Shown: positions 19,651 to 29,744 of the stretch, piece by piece
Numbering within the stretch: position 1 is the stretch's first letter
How the letters are laid out: every line of letters begins with the position of its first letter
NCBI GenBank assembly: GCA_045656825.1
Contig: JAZORY010000062.1
Location: 1-63,444, forward strand
Length of the DNA stretch: 63,444 nucleotides
DNA from: Candidatus Avispirillum sp.
Lineage (GTDB): Bacteria > Bacillota > Clostridia > Oscillospirales > CAG-272
Direction: 5' to 3'
Position numbers and translations under genes: made by a program
The notes under the pieces: model-generated
Told to the model about the DNA's origin: nothing
Databases searched by the model: none
The model's input: the letters and a program-made list of their open reading frames with translations, nothing else

Positions 19651-20815
19651 CCTCTGTATCGACATCGGCTATCAAAGCCTCAATCACGTTGGTGAGCAGC
19701 TTTGCGGCGACCATATCGATATCGTCGAGGCTGACGAAAACTCAACCGTTGTAGTTTTGGCAGACGGACTGGGCAGCGGCGTTAAGGCAAGTATTCTTTC
19801 AACTCTGACCTCTAAGATCATTTCAACCATGCTTGCAGCAGGTCTTTCCATAGAGGATTGCGTTGAAACAATCGCAGCAACCCTTCCGGTTTGCTCTGTT
19901 CGCGGAGTTGCTTATTCAACATTCACTATTATACATATCATCAACAATGAGGAAGCAGATATAATCCAGTATGACAACCCTCAGGTTATCCTCCTCCGCA
20001 ACGGCGAGAACTACGATTATCCCAAAACGGAAATGATTCTGGGCGATAAGAAAATATACCGCTCAAGAATAACGCTTCAGGAGGATGATATCTTCGTTGC
20101 CATGAGCGACGGATGCGTTCATGCAGGCGTCGGTCTCACCCTCAACTTCGGTTGGGAACGCAAGGAGATCATAAGCTTCCTTGAAACCTTTGCTCACGTT
20201 GGATTTACCGCAAAAACCCTTGCAACGATGCTGGCAGACGAATGTAATAAGCTCTACGGCTTCGAGCCCGGCGACGACACAACGGTTTGCGCCATAAGAG
20301 TCCGCCGCCGCGAGCCTATGAATCTTTTGTTCGGTCCTCCCTCAAATCCCGACGATGCAAACAGAATGATGTCTCTCTTCTTTGCAAAGCAGGGAAAGCA
20401 TATTGTTTGCGGAGGAACAACGTCATCAATTGCTGCCAAATATCTTGGCAAACCCCTGAAGCCCAGCCTCAGCTTCTTCGACCCTGAAATACCGCCCACC
20501 GCGGAGCTTGACGGCGTCGATCTGGTTACAGAAGGCGTTATCACGGTCAATCGCGTTGTGGAATATGCCAAGGACCATCTGGGCGAAAACAAATGCTATG
20601 AAAAGTGGAGCGTTGCCAGAGACGGCGCTTCCCTTATATCCCGTCTGCTCTTTGAAGAAGCAACGGACATAAATTTCTTCGTTGGACGAGCAGTTAACCC
20701 TGCCCACCAAAATCCCGACCTCCCCATCAACTTCCATATCAAAATGAACTTGGTTGAGGAGCTGTCAGCCTGCCTTAAAAAAATGGGCAAAAAAATCAAA
20801 GTTATCTATTTCTGA
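19643..20815 (+). CDS. hfsC: SpoIIE/PP2C-family Ser/Thr phosphatase (HfsC-like)
   Basis: CGD, LADGLGSG, AYSTFT, MSDG, GDDTT. Confidence 0.88.
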   Translation: MNNLCIDIGYQSLNHVGEQLCGDHIDIVEADENSTVVVLADGLGSGVKASILSTLTSKIISTMLAAGLSIEDCVETIAATLPVCSVRGVAYSTFTIIHIINNEEADIIQYDNPQVILLRNGENYDYPKTEMILGDKKIYRSRITLQEDDIFVAMSDGCVHAGVGLTLNFGWERKEIISFLETFAHVGFTAKTLATMLADECNKLYGFEPGDDTTVCAIRVRRREPMNLLFGPPSNPDDANRMMSLFFAKQGKHIVCGGTTSSIAAKYLGKPLKPSLSFFDPEIPPTAELDGVDLVTEGVITVNRVVEYAKDHLGENKCYEKWSVARDGASLISRLLFEEATDINFFVGRAVNPAHQNPDLPINFHIKMNLVEELSACLKKMGKKIKVIYF

Positions 20816-20828
20816 GAGGTGAAATTCA

Positions 20829-22271
20829 ATGGCTAAGATCAGAAAGTTTGACACAAAGGTTCAGTATCTTAAATATAAGGTGCTTCGCGAGGTTGCCCGC
20901 TACGCTTGGCAGGGAACTCTGGCGGAAAACCTTCTTAACATCCCCGAGATCATCATTCCCGGTAAGAATCCCACAATGCGCTGCTGCGTTTATAAGGAAA
21001 GAGCTGTCGTTGGCGAGCGAATCAAAATGGCTATGGGCGGAGATAAATTCAACCCCAACGTTATCGAGGTTATAGATATCGCCTGCGATGAATGTCCTAT
21101 GGGCGGATACGAGGTTTCCGCAGCTTGCCGCGGATGCCTTGCTCATCGCTGCGAAGACGTTTGTAAGCGCGGAGCGATTACATTTGACGAGCACCAGAAG
21201 GCTCATATAGACAAATCAAAATGCGTTGAATGTGGACAGTGCGCAAAGGTTTGTCCTTACAGCGCCATCACAAACAATAAGCGCCCCTGCGAAGCAGCTT
21301 GTAAGGTCAAGGCTATCACAATGGGCGATCATAAGCAGGCAAAGGTTGATAACGATAAATGCATCTCCTGCGGAGCCTGCGTATATCAGTGCCCCTGGGG
21401 AGCTATCAACGATAAGAGCTTTATTCTTGACGTTGTTGATTTCATCCGCCACAGCGATGAAAATAAAAACTATAAGGTTTACGCCATCGTTGCTCCCTCC
21501 ATATCCAGCCAGTTTACATATGCCAAGATGCCTCAGGTTACAAGCGGTATCAAGGCTCTCGGCTTCTATTCCGTTATCGAAGCGGCTCTTGGTGCTGATA
21601 TGGTTGCGCTCTCCGAGGCAAGAGAGCTGGTTGAAAAGGGCTTCCTCACATCCTCATGCTGCCCCGCATTCGTTTCCTATGTTAAGGGACAGTTCCCCGA
21701 CCTTGCTCCTCATATTTCTCACAACCTCTCTCCCATGGGTGCGCTGGCTAAATATATCAAGAAAACAGACCCCACGGCAAAGGTTGTATTCATCGGACCC
21801 TGCACAGCAAAGAAGATGGAATTCCAGAAGGAAGAGGTTCGACACTACGTTGACTCCGTTATCACATTCGAAGAGCTTCAGGCGCTCTTTGACAGTAAGG
21901 ATATCGACATTACAACCCTTGAGGGAACAGAGCTTGACAATGCTTCCTACTACGGCAGAATTTTCGCCCGCGTTGGCGGACTTTCCGATGCAGTTGTTCA
22001 GGCGCTCAAGGAACAGGGCATTGACAACTTTGATCTGAAGGCAGTTCCCTGCGACGGTATCGAAGCATGCAAGATCGCTCTTCTCAAAGCATCCAAAAAG
22101 GTTCTGGACGGCAACTTTATTGAAGGTATGGCGTGCACCGGCGGATGTATCGGCGGGGCAGGGTGCCTTACACACGGAGAAAAGAACAAGGCCGACGTTG
22201 ACCGCTACGGCAAAGAGGCAATGGAAAAAACTATCAAGGACGCAACTAGCGTGCTTACAATGCTTGACTGA
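20829..22271 (+). CDS. hfsD: Monomeric [FeFe]-hydrogenase (group B, HfsD-like)
   Basis: Multiple ferredoxin CxxCxxCxxxC motifs; H-cluster TSSCCPAF, GPCTAKKME, EGMACTGGCIGG. Confidence 0.9.
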   Translation: MAKIRKFDTKVQYLKYKVLREVARYAWQGTLAENLLNIPEIIIPGKNPTMRCCVYKERAVVGERIKMAMGGDKFNPNVIEVIDIACDECPMGGYEVSAACRGCLAHRCEDVCKRGAITFDEHQKAHIDKSKCVECGQCAKVCPYSAITNNKRPCEAACKVKAITMGDHKQAKVDNDKCISCGACVYQCPWGAINDKSFILDVVDFIRHSDENKNYKVYAIVAPSISSQFTYAKMPQVTSGIKALGFYSVIEAALGADMVALSEARELVEKGFLTSSCCPAFVSYVKGQFPDLAPHISHNLSPMGALAKYIKKTDPTAKVVFIGPCTAKKMEFQKEEVRHYVDSVITFEELQALFDSKDIDITTLEGTELDNASYYGRIFARVGGLSDAVVQALKEQGIDNFDLKAVPCDGIEACKIALLKASKKVLDGNFIEGMACTGGCIGGAGCLTHGEKNKADVDRYGKEAMEKTIKDATSVLTMLD

Positions 22272-22275
22272 TAAC

Positions 22276-22304
22276 AAAAAGGAAGGAGCAATCCTTCCTT
22301 TTTT
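22276..22304 (+). terminator. Hydrogenase operon terminator
   Basis: AAAAAGGAAGGA-GCAA-TCCTTCCTTTTTT. Confidence 0.9.
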
Positions 22305-22375
22305 GCCACCGTTCATAAAATATTCATTATAAAATGGTATAATGAAGCTTAAGAAACAGAAAGGCGGTTTTTGCT

Positions 22376-23425
22376 TTGAAAAAACTGATCGTAAGAATTA
22401 TTTGTGCAGCTATCAGCTGTATTCTTATATGTGCACCTCTTTCCTCCTGCACTTCCCTTAGTTCATCTGCTAAGGAAACAGAAGCTGTTATGAAGGTGGG
22501 CGAATATGACGTGCCCTACGAGCTATATCGATATCTCGTTCTCAACTATAAGCTCCAGCTTTCCGCAGATGAGGAGGACTGGGCAGACAACGAAAAGGCA
22601 GAGGCTCTGACTCAAAAAATTGAAAAGCTTGTTGAGGATTCTCTCCGCGATTTCTATGCAGTTCTCTCTCTTTCAGCAGAGTTCGGCGTCGACCGCGAAA
22701 ATCCCGCTGTCAATGCAGCTGTTGAGGCTGAGCTTGAAGCAACCCGTAACGGCTATAAAAACCAACGAGAATATATCAAGGCGCTGGCTGAAGGATATAT
22801 GAACCACAGCACCTACGAGCTTCTTCAGACAAATGCAATCTGTTCCGACGAGCTTTACCATAAAATGATGAACGACGGAGCGATCACCTCTGATGAAAAA
22901 TCCCTTCGCGAATATATGGCAAGCGATAAGTTCATCCGCATAAAACAAATTCTGATCGTTGGCGAAAGCAACAAAACCGCGTACGACGGAACTATTTATA
23001 TCCCTGAAAAAGCTCACACGGACGAGGAAGCAAAGGCTATCGCAGATCTTGTACACTCCAAGGCTGTTGCAGGAGAGGATTTTGATTCTCTCGTTGCAGA
23101 ATACGGCGAATCCTTCCAGATGTTTGGCAATAAGGATGGATATTACATCTGCGAGGGCTATTGGGACGACGTTAACAACGATGCCGCTTTTGCCCTCGAT
23201 ATCGGCGAAATCAGCCCCGTTATAGAAAGCGAGCAGGGATACAGCATTTTCCAGAGATGCGAAAAAGAGGATGCTTATATTGAAAAGCATTTCGACGAGC
23301 TTTGCAATAACTATACAGAAGCACAGTTTTCTCTCGCCGTTGAAAAGAGAGCGGCAGAATTTGAAATCACCAAAACCGAGCTTTACAGCTCTATCTCAAT
23401 CAAGGATATGACCTGGAAGGACTGA
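22376..23425 (+). CDS. PrsA/SurA-like parvulin PPIase lipoprotein
   Basis: TTG start, lipobox LSSC, KQILI..GEDFDSLVAEYGE..AAFALDIGEISPVIESEQGYSI. Confidence 0.8.
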   Translation: MKKLIVRIICAAISCILICAPLSSCTSLSSSAKETEAVMKVGEYDVPYELYRYLVLNYKLQLSADEEDWADNEKAEALTQKIEKLVEDSLRDFYAVLSLSAEFGVDRENPAVNAAVEAELEATRNGYKNQREYIKALAEGYMNHSTYELLQTNAICSDELYHKMMNDGAITSDEKSLREYMASDKFIRIKQILIVGESNKTAYDGTIYIPEKAHTDEEAKAIADLVHSKAVAGEDFDSLVAEYGESFQMFGNKDGYYICEGYWDDVNNDAAFALDIGEISPVIESEQGYSIFQRCEKEDAYIEKHFDELCNNYTEAQFSLAVEKRAAEFEITKTELYSSISIKDMTWKD

Positions 23426-23431
23426 TAAAAA

Positions 23432-24436
23432 GTGAAACGACGCTACCGAACCTATACGGCTAAAAAATATAAGCTTCCCAAACGAATCTTATTTTTTGGA
23501 ATTTGCGCCATCCTTATTTTCTGCTTTGCACTCATAGTCGGAAATAATCTGAAAAAGAGAATGGAAAATGCAGATATAAACAAAGAGCCTGTTGAAACTC
23601 AGGATTTCGATACGCCCGATATGCTTGATTCGTCAGACAAGGGCAACGCTGAGCACCCTGAGGAAAAAGCAAAAGTTAAAGCAGGATATCTTGACGTTGA
23701 TCTTCTCTTTGTCCCCGAAGATGACAGCGAACAAAAGGCAATCACTCTTAAAAGCATAATTGATTCTCTCTATGCAGAGGGCTTTAATGCAGTTTCCTTC
23801 CCCGTATTTGAAAACGACAAGCTGACTTATGCATCAAAAGCGACGGAGGACTTTTCCCGTCTGCCTGCAAGCGAATCTATCATCTCCTTTGAAGAGCTGA
23901 CCGATGCCATCGCTTATGCAAAAAGCAAAAATATGACCACATCAGCTATATTCAAAAAAGGAAACGACGACATACTCGACTCCCTTATATGCAGCGAGCT
24001 TTCCGAAATCGGATTTGATGAGATCATCCTCAGCGGATTTGAAAATATCCTCACCGAAAAGGGAGGCGAAACAGCTGAATGTATCAAATATCTCAAAGCT
24101 ATCCGCTCAAACGTTAAAGACTCCCACATTTCACTTTCACTTAAGCCCTCAGCTTATACCTATGCAAGAAATTCATATCATATAGAAAAGCTCTTTTCTT
24201 ATACGGAATTTCTTACAATAGATATGACTGAGCTTGATGCCGACAGCGCAGGAGAGCTTTGTGCAAATATCGCAGGAAGCTTTTCAACGTATATGCTCCG
24301 CCCCTTGATAAAGGGAGAAGCGCAGGATATAGCAAAGCTTTTGGTCGAAAGAGAAATCACCTCCGTACAGTACGTTTCAACGATTCCCGAAATCGAAGAA
24401 GACACTACTAATGTTGATACTACTATCGCTGAATAA
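23432..24436 (+). CDS. Membrane-anchored protein with a degenerate glycoside-hydrolase-like (DUF4015-like) domain
   Basis: Basic N-terminus plus one TM helix; GFNAVSF..KLTYAS and GFDEIILSGF segments. Confidence 0.5.
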   Translation: MKRRYRTYTAKKYKLPKRILFFGICAILIFCFALIVGNNLKKRMENADINKEPVETQDFDTPDMLDSSDKGNAEHPEEKAKVKAGYLDVDLLFVPEDDSEQKAITLKSIIDSLYAEGFNAVSFPVFENDKLTYASKATEDFSRLPASESIISFEELTDAIAYAKSKNMTTSAIFKKGNDDILDSLICSELSEIGFDEIILSGFENILTEKGGETAECIKYLKAIRSNVKDSHISLSLKPSAYTYARNSYHIEKLFSYTEFLTIDMTELDADSAGELCANIAGSFSTYMLRPLIKGEAQDIAKLLVEREITSVQYVSTIPEIEEDTTNVDTTIAE

Positions 24437-24448
24437 TACAATTATAAA

Positions 24449-25390
24449 ATGAACGATAAAAATAAATATTTTGACATAGAAGCTTCTTCTGCTTTTCTTT
24501 GCGATATTGAAGGAAACTTTCTGTTAGCAAACAAAAGCGCTGAGGTGAGCTCTCACGTCTCCCTTGTTAAAACAAACATTTCAGAATATATTTCAAGCAC
24601 AGATGCTCTGCGCTATGATCTGACAATGAAAAGCAAAAAGCCGCGGCCATTCATAGCCGCGGCAAAAATTGTTTGTGGGAGCTGTTATTTCGCCGTTATC
24701 CCACACAATATATCCGATTGCAGATTTGCAGCGGTAGCTATCCTGAACAGCGCACACAGCGCATCGGAGTTTATTGCTTCCGCCGATCTGTTTACACCAA
24801 ATGATATCAGATTTCTGTGCGAGAAAATAGAATCCACCACAATCTTAAACGATTGCTATCACACAAACGCCGTTTTTGATGCAAAAAAGGCAATTCGCAT
24901 GCTGATGTCTGAAATTAATGCAAACAATCCCACATCACTCAGCTTCAATTTCTTATGTCAGTCTGATGAATTTATGTGCGACGTAGGCCTTAACAGCTTC
25001 ATTTCCATAATGATCGCAATTATATTCGTGCTTAATAAAGTTTCTGCAAGCTCTCCGGTTGAAATATCCGCTAAATCCACTGACGAGGCATTCACCGTTG
25101 CCTTTGAAACTGAAATTGACCATGGATTTATTTCAAATCAAGCATCCACCAAAAAGAAACTTGATCTGGAGGATGTAAACTTCAGCTTTCTACGCTTTGC
25201 ATCAGAATGTTCAGACTGCAGACTTGACGTCTCACTTGAAAATTCAAGATTGAAAATCTCCTCTGCCTTCTCGAATATTACTGACGACTTAGACTTTAAG
25301 AGCAGCTCGCCTATGGCGAATTTCGGAGAAATGTTGAAAAAGTCTATCGCAGCAATCAGTGCTATATACAAAGAAGAAGCCCAAGAATAA
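24449..25390 (+). CDS. Hypothetical protein; PAS-like N-terminus and possible degenerate HATPase-like C-terminus
   Basis: FLCDIEGNFLLANKSA is PAS-like; no H-box or G-boxes recognisable. Confidence 0.5.
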   Translation: MNDKNKYFDIEASSAFLCDIEGNFLLANKSAEVSSHVSLVKTNISEYISSTDALRYDLTMKSKKPRPFIAAAKIVCGSCYFAVIPHNISDCRFAAVAILNSAHSASEFIASADLFTPNDIRFLCEKIESTTILNDCYHTNAVFDAKKAIRMLMSEINANNPTSLSFNFLCQSDEFMCDVGLNSFISIMIAIIFVLNKVSASSPVEISAKSTDEAFTVAFETEIDHGFISNQASTKKKLDLEDVNFSFLRFASECSDCRLDVSLENSRLKISSAFSNITDDLDFKSSSPMANFGEMLKKSIAAISAIYKEEAQE

Positions 25391-25706
25391 GAACTATCTC
25401 GGGAGAAACGTTCTTTTCTCCTACAATAACAAGAAGAAGAGCTATCAATATCAGCTCCTCCTGACCAATGCCGCTTTTGAGAAACGGAAACAGCCCTTCC
25501 TCTTCCCTTTTCTCACAATCCACGCATTGTTTCTCGTCCTTGTTCACGTCAGGCTTTGAGCATAATTGCCCCCTTTTGTCATACGGAGGAAAGGAATCGT
25601 CCCGCCCATCACTGCGAAAGCCAAAGCGGCTGCCATCATATCCGGGAGGGGGAGTTATAATATAGTCTCCGTAATCGTCTCTGCTTTTTCTTGAATACAT
25701 TTTCAT
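25362..25706 (-). CDS. Small hypothetical protein with hydrophobic C-terminus
   Basis: PPPGYDG motif, EELILIALLLVI..EIVLILGLLL; GGAGGTG SD, ATGA overlap with the upstream gene. Confidence 0.7.
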   Translation of the reverse strand: MKMYSRKSRDDYGDYIITPPPGYDGSRFGFRSDGRDDSFPPYDKRGQLCSKPDVNKDEKQCVDCEKREEEGLFPFLKSGIGQEELILIALLLVIVGEKNVSPEIVLILGLLLCI

Positions 25707-26176
25707 TCACCTCCCATAAGCATTTTCATTATTTCGGCAAGCGAGCCAATGGACAGCATCATATCAATAGCTCCTCTTTTACGAGGGCTCATATATGGCT
25801 TCAAAGCCTTCAGCAGCGCCTCACGCTTTTTATCCTCGCTGTGTGCCGTCGGTTTCGCTTGAGCACCAAATCCCATAGAAGACAGCGCGTTCATCGCCTG
25901 CGGAAGCTTTGAAGCGATATCGTTTGTATTCAGCTCTCCACCATCACTTTTAGACGCGCCTATTCCCATCCCCTGAAGCGCTGTTATAACTGAGGGCAGC
26001 TTTGCCATCATCTCAGGAGAAAGAGAAAACGCTTCTTCCTTTTGCCTGATTTTTTCATCCGAAGCAGCCTCCGGCTGAGAAAGTCCCGCATTTTTTATAA
26101 TATCGGCTATCTCCGGACTTTCGGTCAGCTTTTTTATAATATCGGGTAGCCCCTCGAAATTACCACCGCTTATCAT
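25703..26176 (-). CDS. Hypothetical protein (LLxALKPY motif)
   Basis: REALLKALKPYMSPRKRGAID; coupled to both neighbours. Confidence 0.72.
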   Translation of the reverse strand: MISGGNFEGLPDIIKKLTESPEIADIIKNAGLSQPEAASDEKIRQKEEAFSLSPEMMAKLPSVITALQGMGIGASKSDGGELNTNDIASKLPQAMNALSSMGFGAQAKPTAHSEDKKREALLKALKPYMSPRKRGAIDMMLSIGSLAEIMKMLMGGE

Positions 26177-26399
26177 TCATTTCCCCCTTTTTGCAGTTAG
26201 CAATAATTTCAGTTGCACGGGAAATATCAGAATCGGTCATCTGGGTTAGCGCAGCGCGCACCTTGGCAAGCTGATTTTTGTCAACGTTCACCCCGGACAG
26301 ATCGATCCCTGTTGAAACCCCAAGGGCACATATTATTTTCCACAAATGATCATCCGACATTTTTGTTATCATCTGAATCGTGTTACGGTCAAGCTTCAT
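26160..26399 (-). CDS. Small hypothetical protein
   Basis: GAAAGGA SD before MKLDR; overlaps the next gene. Confidence 0.7.
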   Translation of the reverse strand: MKLDRNTIQMITKMSDDHLWKIICALGVSTGIDLSGVNVDKNQLAKVRAALTQMTDSDISRATEIIANCKKGEMNDKRW

Positions 26400-26437
26400 A
26401 GAAAATCCTTTCAATATATAAAATTAAGGTGAGCAGT

Positions 26438-26923
26438 ATGAAAAAAATTAAGATCCTCGTTTTTTCCGATTCCCACGGCAGAGAGGCAAATATTGAAGCC
26501 GCCATAAAAGCTCATAACGGTCGAGCAGACGCTTTTATTTTCCTCGGCGACGGCATAATCGGTGCCACCTCTGTTTTTGAAAAATATCCAAACGTTCCGC
26601 ACGTATGTGTCAAGGGGAACTGCGATCCCATCTTTGTAAACGAAAGAGAGGAAGCTCTCATCGACTTGGGCGGCACTAAAATATTATGCATGCACGGTCA
26701 TAAATATGATGTTAAAAGCTCTCTCCTTTGGGCAGGATATCGCGCAAAGGAAAAGGAAGCTCAGATCCTTCTCTTCGGGCACACACATTCAAAGCTTGAA
26801 TTAAGACGAGACGACCTTATCTATTTCAATCCTGGAACCATCGGAAAGGGCTATCCACAATGCACCTACGGAGTTATCGAGATCGTCGGCGAGCATATAG
26901 TTTGCAGCCACGGCATCGTGTAG
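26438..26923 (+). CDS. YfcE/MJ0936-family metallophosphoesterase
   Basis: SDSHG, LGDG, GNCD, HGH, GHTH, NPG. Confidence 0.92.
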   Translation: MKKIKILVFSDSHGREANIEAAIKAHNGRADAFIFLGDGIIGATSVFEKYPNVPHVCVKGNCDPIFVNEREEALIDLGGTKILCMHGHKYDVKSSLLWAGYRAKEKEAQILLFGHTHSKLELRRDDLIYFNPGTIGKGYPQCTYGVIEIVGEHIVCSHGIV

Positions 26924-27065
26924 TCCCGCCAATAGAATCATTTGCTCGACGCCTTTTATAAAACGATAAAAACAAGCCCTGACAAGTGCAGCCATCCCCC
27001 TTGAACACTTGTTATCTTTATGATAAAATATATAAAACTAAGAAAACAAAGGACGGTGTCCATTT

Positions 27066-28169
27066 ATGATAAAAAACAACCTTCCCGAAACAAATCTCAC
27101 TCTGAAGGATTTTCACTACGATCTTCCCGAGGAGCTTATTGCACAGACACCAGTTTATCCTCGCGACTCCTCTCGCCTTATGGTTATTGAGCGCGAAGGG
27201 AACAATATCGACCACAAGGTCTTTTCCGATATAACTGATTATATTCGTCCTGAGGACGTTCTTGTTATAAACGACACCAGAGTTATTCCCGCCCGAGTTA
27301 TCGGAGTTCGCTCCCATCGCTTTGACAATCAGGCAGGCGAGCTTGTCGAAACAAACAGCACGTCCCCCGTTGAGCTTCTCCTTCTGAAGCAGAGAGAAAA
27401 CGACACCTGGGAGGCACTTGCAGGCCCCGGAAAAAGAGCTAAGATCGGCGACAGACTCTCCTTTGGTGAGGGACTTCTGACAGCCGAGGTTATGGATATT
27501 ATTGAAGGCGGCTGCAGAGTTGTTAAATTCACTGCTGGGGGAGATGCAACCTGCGTTTATGATGCTCTCCACCGCGTTGGCACAATGCCCCTCCCCCCTT
27601 ACATCACAGAAAAGCTTTCTGACGGCGAAAGATATCAGACGGTTTATTCCCGCGAGGAAGGCTCCTCCGCTGCTCCCACAGCAGGACTTCATTTCACAAA
27701 CGAGCTTCTTGAAAAAATAAAGGCTCAGGGCACAGCCATAGTTCCCGTTCTTCTTCACGTTGGTCTCGGAACGTTCCGTCCCGTTTCAGAGGAAAACATC
27801 AAGGACCATGAAATGCACTCCGAATACATTTGTGTTACAGAAGAAAGCGCAAGGATCATAAACGAAAGAAAGGCGGCAGGCGGCAGAGTTATCGCTGTTG
27901 GCACAACCTCCTGCAGAACCCTTGAGAGCGCAGCAAACGACGATGGAATTCTTATGCCCGTTAGTACAGACACAGGAATTTTCATCTATCCCGGATATCG
28001 CTTCAAGATAGTTGATGCCCTTATCACAAACTTCCACCTGCCCGAAAGCACACTGCTTATGCTTGTTTCCGCTTTTGCGGGAAGAGAAAAAATGCTCGGC
28101 GCATATAACAAAGCAGTAGAGGAAAGATATCGCTTCTTCAGCTTCGGAGACGCCATGATCATCCAGTAA
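27066..28169 (+). CDS. queA: SAM:tRNA ribosyltransferase-isomerase
   Basis: [51 protein letters not shown]. Confidence 0.98.
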   Translation: MIKNNLPETNLTLKDFHYDLPEELIAQTPVYPRDSSRLMVIEREGNNIDHKVFSDITDYIRPEDVLVINDTRVIPARVIGVRSHRFDNQAGELVETNSTSPVELLLLKQRENDTWEALAGPGKRAKIGDRLSFGEGLLTAEVMDIIEGGCRVVKFTAGGDATCVYDALHRVGTMPLPPYITEKLSDGERYQTVYSREEGSSAAPTAGLHFTNELLEKIKAQGTAIVPVLLHVGLGTFRPVSEENIKDHEMHSEYICVTEESARIINERKAAGGRVIAVGTTSCRTLESAANDDGILMPVSTDTGIFIYPGYRFKIVDALITNFHLPESTLLMLVSAFAGREKMLGAYNKAVEERYRFFSFGDAMIIQ

Positions 28170-28214
28170 CGGACGATCAAGTAGAATTGTTTTGAAAAGA
28201 AGGCAGGTTCTCGT

Positions 28215-28664
28215 GTGATGCGCAAAATACTTTGGTTGTTGTTTGGGCTTTACAGCCTCTTTATGCTTTGGCTTTTATTTGGCCAGAGAATACTCTTCAT
28301 TTCGTACGATAATTATTTCTATCAGCTCAGTCAAAGGATAAATCTTATTCCCTTCAAAACGGTTGCGGAATACTTTGAGATGTATAAGACAAGCTCTGTC
28401 TCTCTTGTAAACCACGCCATCAAAAATCTGGGCGGAAACGTTATCCTCTTTATCCCAATAGGTATATTTCTCCCCTTGATCTGGGAAAGGCTGAAGTGCG
28501 CAAAGCATATGCTTGTTGTCTCCTCCGCTTTGATCGCATCAATTGAAACAATTCAGTATTTCACCTTGCTCGGAAGCCTTGATATCGACGATTTTATTCT
28601 TAATATGGCAGGAATATTCCTTGGCTTCGCGGTATTCAAAATATATAAAAATAAGCGTTTTTAA
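28215..28664 (+). CDS. VanZ-like family membrane protein
   Basis: NLIPFKT, GNVILFIPIG, IETIQ, DIDDFILN. Confidence 0.88.
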   Translation: MMRKILWLLFGLYSLFMLWLLFGQRILFISYDNYFYQLSQRINLIPFKTVAEYFEMYKTSSVSLVNHAIKNLGGNVILFIPIGIFLPLIWERLKCAKHMLVVSSALIASIETIQYFTLLGSLDIDDFILNMAGIFLGFAVFKIYKNKRF

Positions 28665-28752
28665 GTTATACAGTTGCATAAAATGTTATTCGTACAGGTT
28701 GTTTTCTGCGATTGCATAACAAATATTACACTATCGGATCAGGACTGAAAAA

Positions 28753-29709
28753 GTGATTAATAACAAAAAACTTATAGCCGTTGCAGGCCCTACCGCATCG
28801 GGTAAGACCGCCCTTGCAGTTCAGCTTGCTCTGCACTTTAACGGCGAGGTCGTTTCAAACGACTCAATGCAGATATATAAAGGAATGGAGATAGGAACCG
28901 CCGCTCCCACAATGGAGGAGCGACTTGGAGTTCCCCATCATCTGGTTGGCATATGCACGCCTGATACGGATTTCTCCTGCGCAGATTATAGCGAGCTTGG
29001 AAAGAAATGCGCAGATGAAATAATCTCCCGCGGAAAGATCCCCGTCTTCTGCGGCGGAACAGGACTTTATCTTGACTCTGTTACGACGATCTCAAGCTAT
29101 TCGGAAAGCACAAAAAATGATGCTCTGAGAGAAGCTCTGCTCCGCGAAGCAGAGGAGCTTGGAAACGAAGCGGTTCACCAAAAGCTTCGCGCAGTTGATC
29201 CTGAAGCAGCAGAAGCAACCCACCCAAATAACGTTCGCAGAGTTATCCGAGCAATCGAAATATTCGAAACAACAGGTATCCCAAAAACAGAATGGGATCG
29301 TCGCTCAAAGGATGCCCTTCCTCCATATGATGCAAAAATTGTTGTTCTTGATTTTTTGAACCGCGAGCTTTTGTACGAGCGTATAGATCGCCGTGTTGAT
29401 CTAATGCTTCAAGCAGGGCTTGAGGAGGAAGCAAGAAGGCTTTTTGCAGAAGGACTTATCTCGGAAAAATCTCCTGCATATCAAGCTATCGGATACAAGG
29501 AGCTGCTTCCATATCTGGAAGGCGCAGAAACGCTTCAGGAGGGTGCAGAGCGTATCAAACAAAACTCCCGCAGATATGCCAAGCGACAGATCACGTGGTT
29601 TAAGCGATATAAGGATGCAATCGTTATCCATCCGGATGACGAAAACGGAATGAGACCATCCGAAGATATCGTAAGCGAAGCAAGCACACGTCTTAGTGAA
29701 GTAATATAA
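28753..29709 (+). CDS. miaA: tRNA dimethylallyltransferase
   Basis: GPTASGKT, DSMQIYKGMEIGTA, GGTGLY, AIGYKE, RRYAKRQITW. Confidence 0.97.
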   Translation: MINNKKLIAVAGPTASGKTALAVQLALHFNGEVVSNDSMQIYKGMEIGTAAPTMEERLGVPHHLVGICTPDTDFSCADYSELGKKCADEIISRGKIPVFCGGTGLYLDSVTTISSYSESTKNDALREALLREAEELGNEAVHQKLRAVDPEAAEATHPNNVRRVIRAIEIFETTGIPKTEWDRRSKDALPPYDAKIVVLDFLNRELLYERIDRRVDLMLQAGLEEEARRLFAEGLISEKSPAYQAIGYKELLPYLEGAETLQEGAERIKQNSRRYAKRQITWFKRYKDAIVIHPDDENGMRPSEDIVSEASTRLSEVI

Positions 29710-29741
29710 AAGCCTTGGACTTCAAAAAGTCCAAGGCTTTT
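29708..29741. terminator. Bidirectional terminator
   Basis: AAAAGCCTTGGACTT..AAGTCCAAGGCTTTT between convergent genes. Confidence 0.88.
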
Positions 29742-29744
29742 CTT

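Noticed and set aside
26924-27065. preQ1 riboswitch before queA
   Set aside because: No recognisable preQ1 stem-loop motif; only a sigmaA-like promoter.
28215-28664. Glycopeptide resistance locus
   Set aside because: A lone VanZ-like family gene with no vanHAX or vanRS.
28665-28720. Integron attC site after vanZ
   Set aside because: Ends read GTT..AAC, the reverse of attC (RYYYAAC..GTTRRRY); single copy and no integrase.
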